From NCBI GenBank assembly GCA_012964335.1, contig DTUF01000033.1, positions 27,306 through 91,305 on the forward strand: a stretch of 64,000 nt of DNA, read 5' to 3'. Positions 27,599-37,656 of the stretch are shown here, one piece after another. A program made the position numbers and the translations under genes. The notes below the pieces were generated by a model. It searched no databases. It was not told where the DNA came from and saw nothing but the letters and a program-made list of their open reading frames with translations. The stretch is from Candidatus Poseidoniales archaeon (GTDB lineage: Archaea > Thermoplasmatota > Poseidoniia > Poseidoniales > Thalassarchaeaceae). The first letter of the stretch is position 1; every line of letters starts with the position of its first letter.

Positions 27599-29026
27599 TT
27601 ATGTAAAAACCTCTTCAATCAGCCAATCAGGGTCAAATTGTTTCAAATCATCGTATTCTTGGCCAACCCCAGCAAGCACAATTGGCTTATCTGTGGCATG
27701 AGCGATTGAAAGCGCGGCCCCGCCTTTTGCGTCGGTGTCTAATTTGCACAGAACTGCGCCATCGAACTTGAGCATTCTTTGGAATTCTTTGGCCTGTTCA
27801 ACTGCGTCGTTGCCGGCCAATGCATCTCCTACAAACAAAACAAGGTGTGGTTTTGTTACGCGGTGGACCTTGCGTAACTCCTCCATCAAATTTAACTTAT
27901 TTTGCATTCTACCTGCGGTATCAACTATGACTACATCCATTTTCCGGGCTTTAGCATGTTCAATAGCATCGCGAGCTATTGCTGCTGCGTCTCCACCGCG
28001 CTGGCTGCTTATACAACGAATATCTAGCCTTTCAGCATGAATTTCTAATTGATCAATTGCTCCTGCCCTAAAGGTATCAGATGCCGCTAAGACCACTTTT
28101 CGGCCCTTGTTTTTCAAGCGGTATGCAATTTTCGCTGTGGTCGTTGTCTTGCCTGTTCCATTGACTCCCACCATCATGATTACAACTGGTAAATCACCGG
28201 ATTCTAGCAATGAGTCTACTGTTGCATCAAAGTCCCAATAACCTGCAGATAGCAGAGTACGAAGTGCTCTCTTTAGTGATGCTTCAACTACTTTGGAAAG
28301 GTCAGCGCCTTTCCGCAGACGGTTGCCAACCAACTCGTTACGAAGGGCTGTAATTACCTCCTCAATTGATGCTCGGCCCATGTCTGCCTCTAACATCACA
28401 AGTTCTAGTTCTTCGAGCATGGCATCAAGTGCTTCTCCGCCTTTGATAATTTTCCCACCAGTCTCAACTACCCCCCCGCCAAGATCAATCTCAAGGGTTT
28501 TTCCAGTTTCAGTTTCAACAGCTGTTGGGCCAGTGGAACCACGTGGTGCACTCTTCACCTCAACCAACTTCCTACCAGTGGTAGAACGCATAATTTGCAA
28601 GTCTACTTTTGAACCATCGGGACGAACTTCTTGGTCAACATCAAACCCTTCCTTTTTGAGGCGTTGGCGTTCTTTTTTGGCCTCTTTTGCTTCTTTTTCA
28701 AGACGTTTACGTTGTTTTTTGTCAAGTGATGGAGAGATTGGTTCTGGAATCGGTTCATCCTCCAAATCATCCCACTCTTCCTCTTCTACTTGGGGCGCGG
28801 ATATTGCTTCAATTTCCTCAACATCTTCCCAATCATCATCTGATGAAGTCACAACTTCTGCTTCCGGTGTTTCTGATTGTTTCTCTTGCTCTTCTTTGAT
28901 TTGTTGACGTTTAGCGATTGCTTCCTGTGCTTCTTCAGAGTCTTCATCAACAGTTAATGAATCAAGGTCTGTATCATCAGCAACCTCTTTCACGCGTTTG
29001 CGAAATCTGTCAAAAAATCCCATCAA
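27599..29026 (-). CDS. ftsY: Signal recognition particle receptor FtsY with a long charged N-terminal A-domain.
   Basis: GVNGTGKTTT, DTFRAGAIDQL, DTAGR, KLDTDAKGG and GVGQ motifs. The first ~190 aa are E/K/D-rich. Confidence 0.92.
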   Translation of the reverse strand: MMGFFDRFRKRVKEVADDTDLDSLTVDEDSEEAQEAIAKRQQIKEEQEKQSETPEAEVVTSSDDDWEDVEEIEAISAPQVEEEEWDDLEDEPIPEPISPSLDKKQRKRLEKEAKEAKKERQRLKKEGFDVDQEVRPDGSKVDLQIMRSTTGRKLVEVKSAPRGSTGPTAVETETGKTLEIDLGGGVVETGGKIIKGGEALDAMLEELELVMLEADMGRASIEEVITALRNELVGNRLRKGADLSKVVEASLKRALRTLLSAGYWDFDATVDSLLESGDLPVVIMMVGVNGTGKTTTTAKIAYRLKNKGRKVVLAASDTFRAGAIDQLEIHAERLDIRCISSQRGGDAAAIARDAIEHAKARKMDVVIVDTAGRMQNKLNLMEELRKVHRVTKPHLVLFVGDALAGNDAVEQAKEFQRMLKFDGAVLCKLDTDAKGGAALSIAHATDKPIVLAGVGQEYDDLKQFDPDWLIEEVFT

Positions 29027-29032
29027 ATCACT

Positions 29033-29557
29033 TCAATCGTCTAATGTCAATTCGCCCGATACATTGCGCCTCCGGCGCTTTGGAGTGGTTTTGGAAGAGG
29101 TTGGTTCTTCTGTCTCTTCTTTAGAGGGTTGTTCATTTTCTTCAGCCTGTAGTTCTTCTGCATCATTTGTGAATTTAGCTGCTAAATCCTTTACTTTCAA
29201 TTCCGTATCGTTGAATTCTGATTGTAATGTAGAAATTAATTCTTCAATGTCAGCAATTCTTTTCTTTAATATTTCAATTGCTTCTGATACCTTTTTTTCG
29301 GCTTGAATCCCACTTCCAATATCAACAACTACACCTGGGTTATTTGGTTGATCTACCAGTAATTGTGTTCCCGAACCTAATGGAATCATGATTCTTGGTA
29401 ATGATTCATCGTCAAGAGATTTAAGGGCCTGTATCACCTCTTGGTGTTCAACTGATGCTTGACTAAGGCGTTCTATTTGCTCACCAAGCGCAGTTAATTG
29501 TTGCCTGTACATCTCTACAAGACGGGCCAATCGTTGCAATTCCGCGGCGTCACTCAT
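29033..29557 (-). CDS. pfdA: Prefoldin alpha subunit.
   Basis: Coiled-coil / beta-hairpin / coiled-coil layout: LVEMYRQQLTALGEQIERL ... IPLGSGTQLLV ... VVVDIGSGIQAEK ... IEILKKRIADIEE. Start taken at ATG 29557. The track ORF extends to 29653. Sits immediately upstream of ftsY. Confidence 0.8.
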   Translation of the reverse strand: MSDAAELQRLARLVEMYRQQLTALGEQIERLSQASVEHQEVIQALKSLDDESLPRIMIPLGSGTQLLVDQPNNPGVVVDIGSGIQAEKKVSEAIEILKKRIADIEELISTLQSEFNDTELKVKDLAAKFTNDAEELQAEENEQPSKEETEEPTSSKTTPKRRRRNVSGELTLDD

Positions 29558-29672
29558 GGCTCTCCCTCGTTCGCTTCGGCACGCCCAAGGGTCATGAAGG
29601 CGTCGCCAAGGGTTTATCGGTGGGTTATCTCCATAACTAATACCCAAACTCAATGATTTGGAGGACAGTTAG

Positions 29673-30668
29673 ATGCGCATAGAGGGGAGCCGGGTCTTAG
29701 TAACAGGTGGGACTGGTTCAATTGGTTCTGAAATCGTTCGGCAATTGTTGAACCGTAACCCTTCTCATGTGGTGATTTTCTCACGTGATGACTCTAAACA
29801 CTTCTATTTCCAGCAAGAACTTGCAAAGCACGATAACATCACTTTCATCATTGGAGATGTGCGAGATAGGGAAGCTTTGGCTCGGGCTTTTGTAGGTGGA
29901 ATTGACATTGTGATTCATGCTGCTGCGCTAAAGCATGTGCTTATTTGTGAACAAAACCCAACCGAAGCGGTGAAAACTAATATTTTGGGGACTCAAAATG
30001 TTGTTGATATGGCTAAGGAAAATGGGGCTAAGGTGATGATGACCATTTCAACTGACAAGGCTGTCGCACCCACATCAACGATGGGGGCAACCAAATATGT
30101 TGCAGAGAAACTGACTATCGATGGTAATCTAACTGGCACCACTAACTGCGCGTGTGTTCGTTTTGGTAATGTTCTTGGAAGCAGGGGGTCAGTTATCCCT
30201 GCAATGATAAAGGGTATTCGTGAAAGAGGAGAAATTTGGATTTCAGATGAAAATATAACCCGTTTTGCTATGCCAATACCAGACGCGGCTACTTTGGTGA
30301 TTGATGCCGTTGACATTTGTGCTGGGGGGGAAATTTTCGTGTTGAAGATGAAATCATTTAGCCTCAAACAACTTGTAGAAGTAATGAGAGGAATGCCATT
30401 TGCTGCATCTGGTTTCGATATAGATGTTCGTGGACTTATTCGTGCTGAAAAGTTGCATGAAGATCTAGTGACTAGTGACGAAATTGGTCGGTTGTGGGAA
30501 TCGGATTCACACTATATTGTCGCACCCCCAGTTGGTGACTGGAAACCTAGCACTGGGTTGTCAAAAATTGAACTTGACGATTATAATTCAAGTAGCGGTT
30601 CAGTATTTTCTAATGATGAGTTAGCACAGCATATTGAAGAGTGTGTTGTTGCTCTTGGCCTTGATTGA
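29673..30668 (+). CDS. UDP-sugar 4,6-dehydratase of the PseB/FlaA1/CapD family.
   Basis: VTGGTGSIGSE, IHAAALKHV, STDKAV, GATKYVAEK and RFGNVLGSRGSVIP. Confidence 0.8.
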   Translation: MRIEGSRVLVTGGTGSIGSEIVRQLLNRNPSHVVIFSRDDSKHFYFQQELAKHDNITFIIGDVRDREALARAFVGGIDIVIHAAALKHVLICEQNPTEAVKTNILGTQNVVDMAKENGAKVMMTISTDKAVAPTSTMGATKYVAEKLTIDGNLTGTTNCACVRFGNVLGSRGSVIPAMIKGIRERGEIWISDENITRFAMPIPDAATLVIDAVDICAGGEIFVLKMKSFSLKQLVEVMRGMPFAASGFDIDVRGLIRAEKLHEDLVTSDEIGRLWESDSHYIVAPPVGDWKPSTGLSKIELDDYNSSSGSVFSNDELAQHIEECVVALGLD

Positions 30669-30677
30669 TGTGAGATT

Positions 30678-31514
30678 ATGATTGGCGTTACCGGGGCGAC
30701 CGGATTCATTGGTTCTCATCTAATGAATGCGCTTGGTAACAATGGACTTCAAATAGACTTGAGAAATTCAACAAATGAAGAAGTCCGCAATTTAATCAAT
30801 AGACATAATTGCCATACGATTGTTCATTTAGCAAATCCAACGCCATCAAATTTTGATGAAAATAGTGGGGAGATGAGAGAAAAAGCCAGAAATCTTGCTA
30901 ATCGTTTGATTGAGATTATTGAACCAATGCAAAACATTCACATCCTTGCTCTTTCTTCAATTAGAGTTTATCCAAATGGGTTGCCGTTTTTTACTAGTAA
31001 TTCCCCTTTGAACCCAATTGATGATTATGGGCAGGGGAAAGTCGAGATGGAAGAGGCTTTCAAATCATCAAAACATACGGTTACGGCGTTGCGTTGTTCG
31101 AGTGTTCAAGGGGTTGGCCAAGACGGTTTGCCTCGAGGAATTGTTGGTATTTTTGCCAAACAACTTCATGAAAATGGTAAACTGAGTATAATGGGTGATG
31201 GTTTAGCAACCAAGGATTTGATTCATGTTCAAAATTTGGTTTCCTTGTTAGTTAAACTTGCATCAATGGGTGCGCCTGACACTGATGTGTTTCTTCCTGT
31301 TGGTGGGGGGTCGCCCCTCACTGTCACCGAACTTGCTAAATTATTCACCACTGGAACTGATTGTAAAACAGAAACTATTGGACCGGCAAATTTTGAATTA
31401 TCAGGCCATGTTGATAATTCTGAAATCACATCCCATGCTGATTGGACTCCAACGTGGTCTGTTGAAAATATGATTGAAGAATCTCTCAAAGCTACGAGAG
31501 GTGCGATGCAATGA
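30678..31514 (+). CDS. NAD-dependent sugar epimerase/reductase (extended SDR).
   Basis: VTGATGFIGSH and YGQGKVEME. Its stop overlaps the next start as ATGA. Confidence 0.7.
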   Translation: MIGVTGATGFIGSHLMNALGNNGLQIDLRNSTNEEVRNLINRHNCHTIVHLANPTPSNFDENSGEMREKARNLANRLIEIIEPMQNIHILALSSIRVYPNGLPFFTSNSPLNPIDDYGQGKVEMEEAFKSSKHTVTALRCSSVQGVGQDGLPRGIVGIFAKQLHENGKLSIMGDGLATKDLIHVQNLVSLLVKLASMGAPDTDVFLPVGGGSPLTVTELAKLFTTGTDCKTETIGPANFELSGHVDNSEITSHADWTPTWSVENMIEESLKATRGAMQ

Positions 31515-33643
31515 TTGGAGCAAGAAACTCCACGACAATTATCCACCTATTCAGAGGACAAAATGATGAGGTTGTGAACGCAGTTCAACGATACGAAGAA
31601 CAGTATGGTGTAGGCCCAATTTGGGTAATTCAGGTTCCTGCTAGAATTTGTTTGGCCGCGGACCACACCGATTATTGGCCTGGGTTTACCTCAGAACTTG
31701 TTGTGATGGCAAGCGATTCACAAATTATGACCGCAGTTATTGGACCCCGTGATGATGGGTTTGTTTATTGTAATTCAATGGATGAGGAGTTTGACCCATG
31801 GGAAGAAAATTTAGGAGAAAATATCCCTATTGGTGATGAGTGGTTAACATGGCTTGAGATGTTGGGGGCACCAATACCAAATTGGTCAAATTATGTGATG
31901 GGTTCTGTTAGACATACACAGATGTTTGAAGAAGTGAAATTTGGATTCAATATGTCAATCACATCTACTATCCCACCAGATTCTGGGGCTTCTTCCTCCT
32001 CCGCATTAGCAATTTGTGGGATGTTTGCAATTCGATTATCAAATCAACTTGCAACAGATGCTGAAGTCATGACGTTCACTACTGCTGAGGCTGAATGGTT
32101 TTGTGGCACTAGAGGTGGCATGATGGACCATGCTACAATGATGTACAGTTGTAGTGATTCTGTATTGAGATTGACCTTCAATCCATTTACCCAAAAAGCA
32201 ATTGAATTACCAAAGGAGATGGGTGGTGTGAAATTTACAACGCTGTTTACACATCCATCAAAGAAGGGTGGGGAGATAAAAAGAGCTTTCAACGAACTTG
32301 CTTTCGTGGCCCGCGAAGTTATCCCAAGATTAGTACCAAAAGATTGGCAAGATAATTGGGGAGAGGTGGCCGAAGAATTACCTGAAAAAATGTCTCGGGA
32401 GGATATAACCAACCGTTGGCTGGATGATTGTGTTGTATTTGAAAAAATGTATCCTGCCCTTTTTGAGACTGATTTTAAAATCAAGGTGGCGAATAGATTT
32501 AGATTCGCAATGCGTGAATTAGATAGGAGTAAACGTATGCAATCCTTACTAACAAGCGGTAATTGCACCGCTGAACAAATTGGCAACATTATGAATGAAG
32601 CATGGGTTGATGCTGGTGATTTATATGACATAAGAACCCGCGAAATGGATCAATTTGCAAACCAAGCACGAAAGATTCCTGGCGTTCATGGAATCAAAGT
32701 AATGGGGGCTGGATTTGGTGGTAATCTACTATTACTAACTGACAATGACGCTGACCTCTCTTCATTAGGCAAGGGGAGAATCCAAGAATGCTCTGCTGGA
32801 CCAGCCGCATCAATAATTGATGCTAAAGAGATGATGCCTACACTAAATAATTCAACGCCGCCACTAGCAGCGGTATTGTTGTGTGGCGGCAAAGGTAGTC
32901 GAATGTTAGAACACGGAATTGCTACACATAAGCCACTATTAAATTTGAATGAGGTGCCTTCAACTAAACTTGTCATTCAACAACTACTTAATTCACAACT
33001 AAATTTTTCGCAAATATTAGTTGTTGTTCCGCCAGGAAGAGAACCTGATTATGAGGAAGTTTTAGCTGGCTTAGGTGTGAAAATTGTTACCCAACACGAA
33101 GCATTGGGAACGGGAAATGCTGTGCATTGTATTATTGATGAATTGTTATCCCCAGTTGAACAAGTGTATGTCTCATTTGGTACTCAACCTTTGATTAGAA
33201 CTACAACAATTGAAGCTGCTTTGGCGCATCATTTGGCTTCGGGGGCAGGGTTCACTCTGCCAACCACTCTTCGGAAAGACCCCTATGCGCCATTAATTAG
33301 AGATGAAATGGGTAAAGTTATTGGTTCAATAGAAACCTATCTTGATAACGCTGAAATGCCAACCTTTGGTGAAACAAATGTTGGTGGTTATTGGAGTAGT
33401 AAATACGCATTGGAAAAAGTGTTGGGCGAACTACATTCAAACCTTTATGATGAAGAAAATAAGCGATATAACACAAACTCTGGAGAGTTAGGCTTCCCAA
33501 ATGAGATGACAAAGGGTTGTCTTGAAGCGGGTCTTGGAGTCGAGGGAATTGCAATTGCTGACCCTGAAGAGGTGGTTGGCCTCAAAACCCCCGAACACAT
33601 CGGAGAGGTTGAGCAGTGGCTAAACAAAGGTTGGCGGAGGTGA
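31511..33643 (+). CDS. Bifunctional fusion: N-terminal GHMP (galactokinase-like) sugar kinase plus C-terminal sugar-1-phosphate nucleotidyltransferase.
   Basis: Kinase motifs VPARICLAADHTDYW, PPDSGASSSSALAICG, GGMMDH and MGAGFGGN. NTP-transferase motifs LLCGGKGSRM, HKPLL and GTGNAV. Confidence 0.8.
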   Translation: MIGARNSTTIIHLFRGQNDEVVNAVQRYEEQYGVGPIWVIQVPARICLAADHTDYWPGFTSELVVMASDSQIMTAVIGPRDDGFVYCNSMDEEFDPWEENLGENIPIGDEWLTWLEMLGAPIPNWSNYVMGSVRHTQMFEEVKFGFNMSITSTIPPDSGASSSSALAICGMFAIRLSNQLATDAEVMTFTTAEAEWFCGTRGGMMDHATMMYSCSDSVLRLTFNPFTQKAIELPKEMGGVKFTTLFTHPSKKGGEIKRAFNELAFVAREVIPRLVPKDWQDNWGEVAEELPEKMSREDITNRWLDDCVVFEKMYPALFETDFKIKVANRFRFAMRELDRSKRMQSLLTSGNCTAEQIGNIMNEAWVDAGDLYDIRTREMDQFANQARKIPGVHGIKVMGAGFGGNLLLLTDNDADLSSLGKGRIQECSAGPAASIIDAKEMMPTLNNSTPPLAAVLLCGGKGSRMLEHGIATHKPLLNLNEVPSTKLVIQQLLNSQLNFSQILVVVPPGREPDYEEVLAGLGVKIVTQHEALGTGNAVHCIIDELLSPVEQVYVSFGTQPLIRTTTIEAALAHHLASGAGFTLPTTLRKDPYAPLIRDEMGKVIGSIETYLDNAEMPTFGETNVGGYWSSKYALEKVLGELHSNLYDEENKRYNTNSGELGFPNEMTKGCLEAGLGVEGIAIADPEEVVGLKTPEHIGEVEQWLNKGWRR

Positions 33644-33647
33644 TTAA

Positions 33648-34871
33648 ATGGCTGTACTTCTATATCTCACCGACCGTTGGCCATATCACCCTGGTGAGTC
33701 GTTTTTAACGAGGGAAATACGTGATTTAGCACCACATTTTGACAAGATCTTATTGCTCCCACTTGCTGAAATTATTGATGGGGACCGAGCACCTAGAGAA
33801 TATCCTGAAAATGTTGAGGTGTTAACAGAATTAAGAGAGGAAATTTGGAAATTGTGGGGGAAAAGTGGTTCTTTCTCAAGACTGGTTGGAGGGATTTCTA
33901 GACCGCTAATTTCTTGCAAAGAAAGTTTGCTATCAAAACCGTTCAAACCAAGGGAAGTTATTGGTGAAATCGCCCAAGTAAGGCTAATCTGTAATCAAAT
34001 AGAGAAAAAAACCGATATCAAAGCTGTTGATGCTTGTGCTTCTTTTTGGTTGAATAGGGGTGCCTCTGTTTGTGCAGAATTAAAACGACGCAATCAGCAT
34101 CTCGTTGCCTTTTCACGAGGCCATGGGGGAGATATTTATTCTGAAAGGAGAAATATGGCAAACTTACCACTTCAATCAACATCATTGAAAAATCTTGATG
34201 GAATTATCCCTGATTCAGCGGCAGGCGTTGATTACCTTGTCAAAAAATTCCCAAGTGTGAAGGAAAAAATTTCAGTTGGAAGGTTGGGTGTCGATAACAG
34301 TGAAGTTGTGAATAGTTCAACGGATGGAATATTGAGATTACTTTCTGTTTCCACTCTAGTGCCGGTTAAACGGGTTCACTTAATCGCTGAAGGATTGAAA
34401 ATGTGTTCGCGGGATGTGATTTGGACACACATTGGGGGTGGGGAATGTCTCGATGATGTTGAACAATCTCTGAAAAATATGGGTGAAAATATTGAGGTAC
34501 GTCTGTTAGGCCAGCTACCCCACCATGATGTTTTAGAATATTATCAAGATAATTCTGTTGATTTATTCATTAATGTCTCAAGTAGTGAAGGCTTACCAGT
34601 TAGTATAATGGAAGCGTTTGCAAACGGCATTCCTGTTATTGCAACTGCTGTTGGCGGTTGTCCTGAAATTGTTAGTGAGGATTGTGGATTTTTGTTAAAG
34701 CCGGATTTTGATGCAATAGAATTAGCAGGTATTATTGAAAATTATAGCATAAACTCTACTAAAATGCGAGTTTCCGCTTTAGAAAAGCAACGTGATGAAT
34801 ATTCGTCAGAAAAGAATCAAACCGCTTTCGCAAAATTGATTATCTCAAAAATTAACCAACAAAAGAGTTGA
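33648..34871 (+). CDS. Glycosyltransferase family 4 (GT-B).
   Basis: SSSEGLPVSIMEAFANGIPVIATAVGGCPEIV (the EX7E region). Confidence 0.8.
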   Translation: MAVLLYLTDRWPYHPGESFLTREIRDLAPHFDKILLLPLAEIIDGDRAPREYPENVEVLTELREEIWKLWGKSGSFSRLVGGISRPLISCKESLLSKPFKPREVIGEIAQVRLICNQIEKKTDIKAVDACASFWLNRGASVCAELKRRNQHLVAFSRGHGGDIYSERRNMANLPLQSTSLKNLDGIIPDSAAGVDYLVKKFPSVKEKISVGRLGVDNSEVVNSSTDGILRLLSVSTLVPVKRVHLIAEGLKMCSRDVIWTHIGGGECLDDVEQSLKNMGENIEVRLLGQLPHHDVLEYYQDNSVDLFINVSSSEGLPVSIMEAFANGIPVIATAVGGCPEIVSEDCGFLLKPDFDAIELAGIIENYSINSTKMRVSALEKQRDEYSSEKNQTAFAKLIISKINQQKS

Positions 34872-35144
34872 TTATTCTTCTTCGGATGAAGCAGCAGTCT
34901 CAACAACGGGCGGGGCTGCTCGCTCACGGAATGCCGATATTACCTTTGGTTCAGTTGAGGTTGATGGATCAATCTGCTCAATGCTTGCAATTTTCATTGC
35001 TCGGCGTGTGACTCTGTGCCGGCTTCCAAATGATGATTCTATACGATGACGTGCTTCATCTTCATCATTAGCCACAACATCTTGTGTAAATGACTGAATT
35101 ATCTTTCCATTGGGGAACTTTCCCACTACTCGGTAAGCCTTCAT
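34872..35144 (-). CDS. rplX: Ribosomal protein LX (eL20 family).
   Basis: MKAYRVVGKF...FTQDVVANDEDEARHRIESSFGSRHRVTRRAMKI matches archaeal LX. The internal ATG 35144 avoids overlap with the divergent protease start. The track ORF extends to 35324. Confidence 0.75.
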   Translation of the reverse strand: MKAYRVVGKFPNGKIIQSFTQDVVANDEDEARHRIESSFGSRHRVTRRAMKIASIEQIDPSTSTEPKVISAFRERAAPPVVETAASSEEE

Positions 35145-35196
35145 TGAGCCGCCGACTTGGGTTGTCGTCTTAAACGCGACGGGAGGTGACAAAATC

Positions 35197-37656
35197 ATGA
35201 CGCGAGGGCCTAGAGTCGTTTTCCTCGCACTCATTCTAATTATCCCACTACCACCATTACCACATGATGAACAGCAAATATTCGGTGAAATAGTACTCAA
35301 TTCTGACGACCCTTGGGATGTCAAAGGATGGAACTCATTGGTGGAACAGGGAATGACTCCTTTACGTCAATTAAATGCACATGAAATGTTAGTGTGGGCA
35401 CCTATTGATGAAGGAGACATACCACTTAGAATTACTGAATTTAGGGGATTAATAGATGAATATGAAACATATATTGTTGTGTTAGAACCCCGTTTAGATG
35501 TAAAAGAAAAGGATGAGATTAAAACCACTTTAAACATGATTGGATTGAATCCTAAAACGGTTTTCTCACCAATGGAAGGCTCCCCACTATCAGAAATTAT
35601 CCAAATCACCCCGAGCAATACATTTTCGGATTGGTGGCAATTTGTTGAGATTGTACATGGTATACATTGGGTAGAGCCAGTGCTTGAAACTGTTGGAAGA
35701 AATGATATCGCTGCGGCAATTATGCAACACGGAAATATTTCAGGCCAGCCAGCATGGTTGTTTGGATTAGATGGTTCTGGAGTAATTATTTCTAATGCAG
35801 ATTCTGGAATTGATCGAGATCATGCTTGCTTCCGCGAAGCAACAGAACCTGGCGCTTCGGGTAGTGAATGGAATAACGCAACTGGAACGCCAGGACAAAA
35901 TCATCGAAAAATTGTCTTCTTCAACGATACAATAGATGATTGGGATTCCCCGAATAATCAAAATTATCGTCATGGAACTCATGTAGCAGGAAGTTTAGCA
36001 TGCCGCTCTATTTGGGAATTTTCAGCAGAAAACAAAGGAGATTGGGTAAATGCTACCCCAGGCGAGGGGACTTCGATTTCTCATGGGGCTCGTCTTGTGA
36101 TTGAAGATGTTGTAGATGATGATGGTTGGCAAATACCAGAAATTGGTGAATTATTTTGGGAAGCTAGTTCACATGGTGGGGTAATTCGCTCTGATTCATG
36201 GGGGGATGACAGTACAGAATACACACTGCGAACAAGTAAATTTGATTCTTGGCTTTTCTCAGTACCATGGTCGGTTTCTTTTGTAGCACCAGGTAATACT
36301 GGGGCTGAGGTATTAGAACCTGCAAATGGATTGAATGTTGTATCTGTTGGTGCTTCGGCAAAAGACGGGACTAATGATTTGTGGACGCTCACCCCGCGTC
36401 AATCAACTGCTCAAGGAAGAATGGGTGTTACTATTGTTGTACCAGGAGAAACGATAATTTCTGCTAAAGGTGATGGGTTACATGATTCCAATAATGATGG
36501 TTGGAGGAGTTCAACGGGAACCTCAATGGCTACACCACAAGCAGCGGCTTTTGCAGCCGTTATACAACAAATGGTTGAAACTGGTTGGATTACTGGAAAT
36601 GATAGTAAGGTAGTAGTTTCATCAAATTCACTAAGACCTGATTGGGCTGAATCTGTTAATAATAATCTCACAGAAGGTAATCTATTATTGGCTAGTGGTT
36701 TTACTCCATCGGGACCACTTATCAGAGCGTTGATGGTATTGAGTGCAGATTCACTTGAAGGTGGTAGGCAAGCGGAGTTGACGCTTGGTGTGGCTCCTGA
36801 TAATCAACAAGGATGGGGGCGCCCAAATCTATCAAATCTTGTAGATTTCGAATATCTTAACAACCAAATGAATAATTCCACTGTAGACCCCACCACAAAT
36901 ATTTGGATTCATGATTCATTTAGAATGGTTGACAATAATTGGCAAAGCATGATTGAAAGTTGGGTAGAGGGAAATCCACTAGATTCTGTTTCAAACCACC
37001 ACTGGAAGGGGGAGGGGGCGGTGGGTCCTTTCCTTTCAACAACGCAGGATGTTGTTTGGAAAATGCCACTCGTGAATGGTGAAGATTTTGATGCCCGTCT
37101 TGTTTGGAACACCGCCCCAAATATTGATTCACGAGATGATTTAGATCTTGTCGTTACTTTGCCTGATGGGGAAATTTTCCTAGGAAATGATATGGTTGGA
37201 GATGGTGTTAGAGAAAATGTTGAGACAATAGAGGGGGTTCACATACCCTCTGAAAGTCTCAAGGATTTTGAGTATCTTGAATTGCGAATTATCGGACACC
37301 AAATAAACACGGGGCCTGAAAATGATGTGGTAGGATTGAATGGTGATAAGATTGGTTTTGCTTTAGCTGTAAAAGGGGTTGACAGAGAAGAGGTGGAAAC
37401 GATGACTCCTTGGTCAATAATAATTCAAGATGAAGGGGTAAATGTAGAGCAGGGTGGTGGTTCTTTGGATAAGTATTGGTTTGCTGTAATGATAATTATT
37501 GTCGTGTTTACAATCGGATTAATCATTATTGAAAGATATAAAATATCTACTCAAATGGAAGTTGATGAATTTATGACTGAAGGTGAACCTTCAAACCATG
37601 ATAGCGACTCCCTGCCAATAGCGGTAGCACCGCATATAGGTGATGACAATGAGTGA
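35197..37656 (+). CDS. Secreted, C-terminally membrane-anchored subtilisin-family (S8) serine protease.
   Basis: Signal peptide RVVFLALILIIPLPP. Catalytic Asp in NADSGIDRDH, His in HGTHVAGS, Ser in GTSMATPQAAA. C-terminal TM YWFAVMIIIVVFTIGLIII. Confidence 0.88.
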   Translation: MTRGPRVVFLALILIIPLPPLPHDEQQIFGEIVLNSDDPWDVKGWNSLVEQGMTPLRQLNAHEMLVWAPIDEGDIPLRITEFRGLIDEYETYIVVLEPRLDVKEKDEIKTTLNMIGLNPKTVFSPMEGSPLSEIIQITPSNTFSDWWQFVEIVHGIHWVEPVLETVGRNDIAAAIMQHGNISGQPAWLFGLDGSGVIISNADSGIDRDHACFREATEPGASGSEWNNATGTPGQNHRKIVFFNDTIDDWDSPNNQNYRHGTHVAGSLACRSIWEFSAENKGDWVNATPGEGTSISHGARLVIEDVVDDDGWQIPEIGELFWEASSHGGVIRSDSWGDDSTEYTLRTSKFDSWLFSVPWSVSFVAPGNTGAEVLEPANGLNVVSVGASAKDGTNDLWTLTPRQSTAQGRMGVTIVVPGETIISAKGDGLHDSNNDGWRSSTGTSMATPQAAAFAAVIQQMVETGWITGNDSKVVVSSNSLRPDWAESVNNNLTEGNLLLASGFTPSGPLIRALMVLSADSLEGGRQAELTLGVAPDNQQGWGRPNLSNLVDFEYLNNQMNNSTVDPTTNIWIHDSFRMVDNNWQSMIESWVEGNPLDSVSNHHWKGEGAVGPFLSTTQDVVWKMPLVNGEDFDARLVWNTAPNIDSRDDLDLVVTLPDGEIFLGNDMVGDGVRENVETIEGVHIPSESLKDFEYLELRIIGHQINTGPENDVVGLNGDKIGFALAVKGVDREEVETMTPWSIIIQDEGVNVEQGGGSLDKYWFAVMIIIVVFTIGLIIIERYKISTQMEVDEFMTEGEPSNHDSDSLPIAVAPHIGDDNE

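Noticed and set aside
28293-28907. 204-aa plus-strand ORF, Ser-rich.
   Set aside because: It is antisense to the GAA/GAG/GAT-rich acidic A-domain of ftsY. The Ser/Phe/Leu richness is the mirror image of Glu/Lys codons.
29558-29653. Long in-frame N-terminal extensions of track ORFs for pfdA. The same applies to rplX 35145-35324, LbH 60253-60396, pyrF 25255-25332, dphB 19033-19116, FG-GAP 7518-7637, HIT 6259-6285 and M28 56045-56062.
   Set aside because: The extensions overlap neighbouring genes or promoters and add non-homologous sequence. Internal ATGs give family-typical N-termini, often with a GGAGG/GGTGA SD or a stop/start overlap.
32044-32631. 195-aa minus-strand ORF, and other antisense ORFs inside 31511-33643 and 47481-47969.
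   Set aside because: They lie inside the kinase/NTP-transferase fusion and uvrA, both of which have unambiguous motifs on the plus strand.
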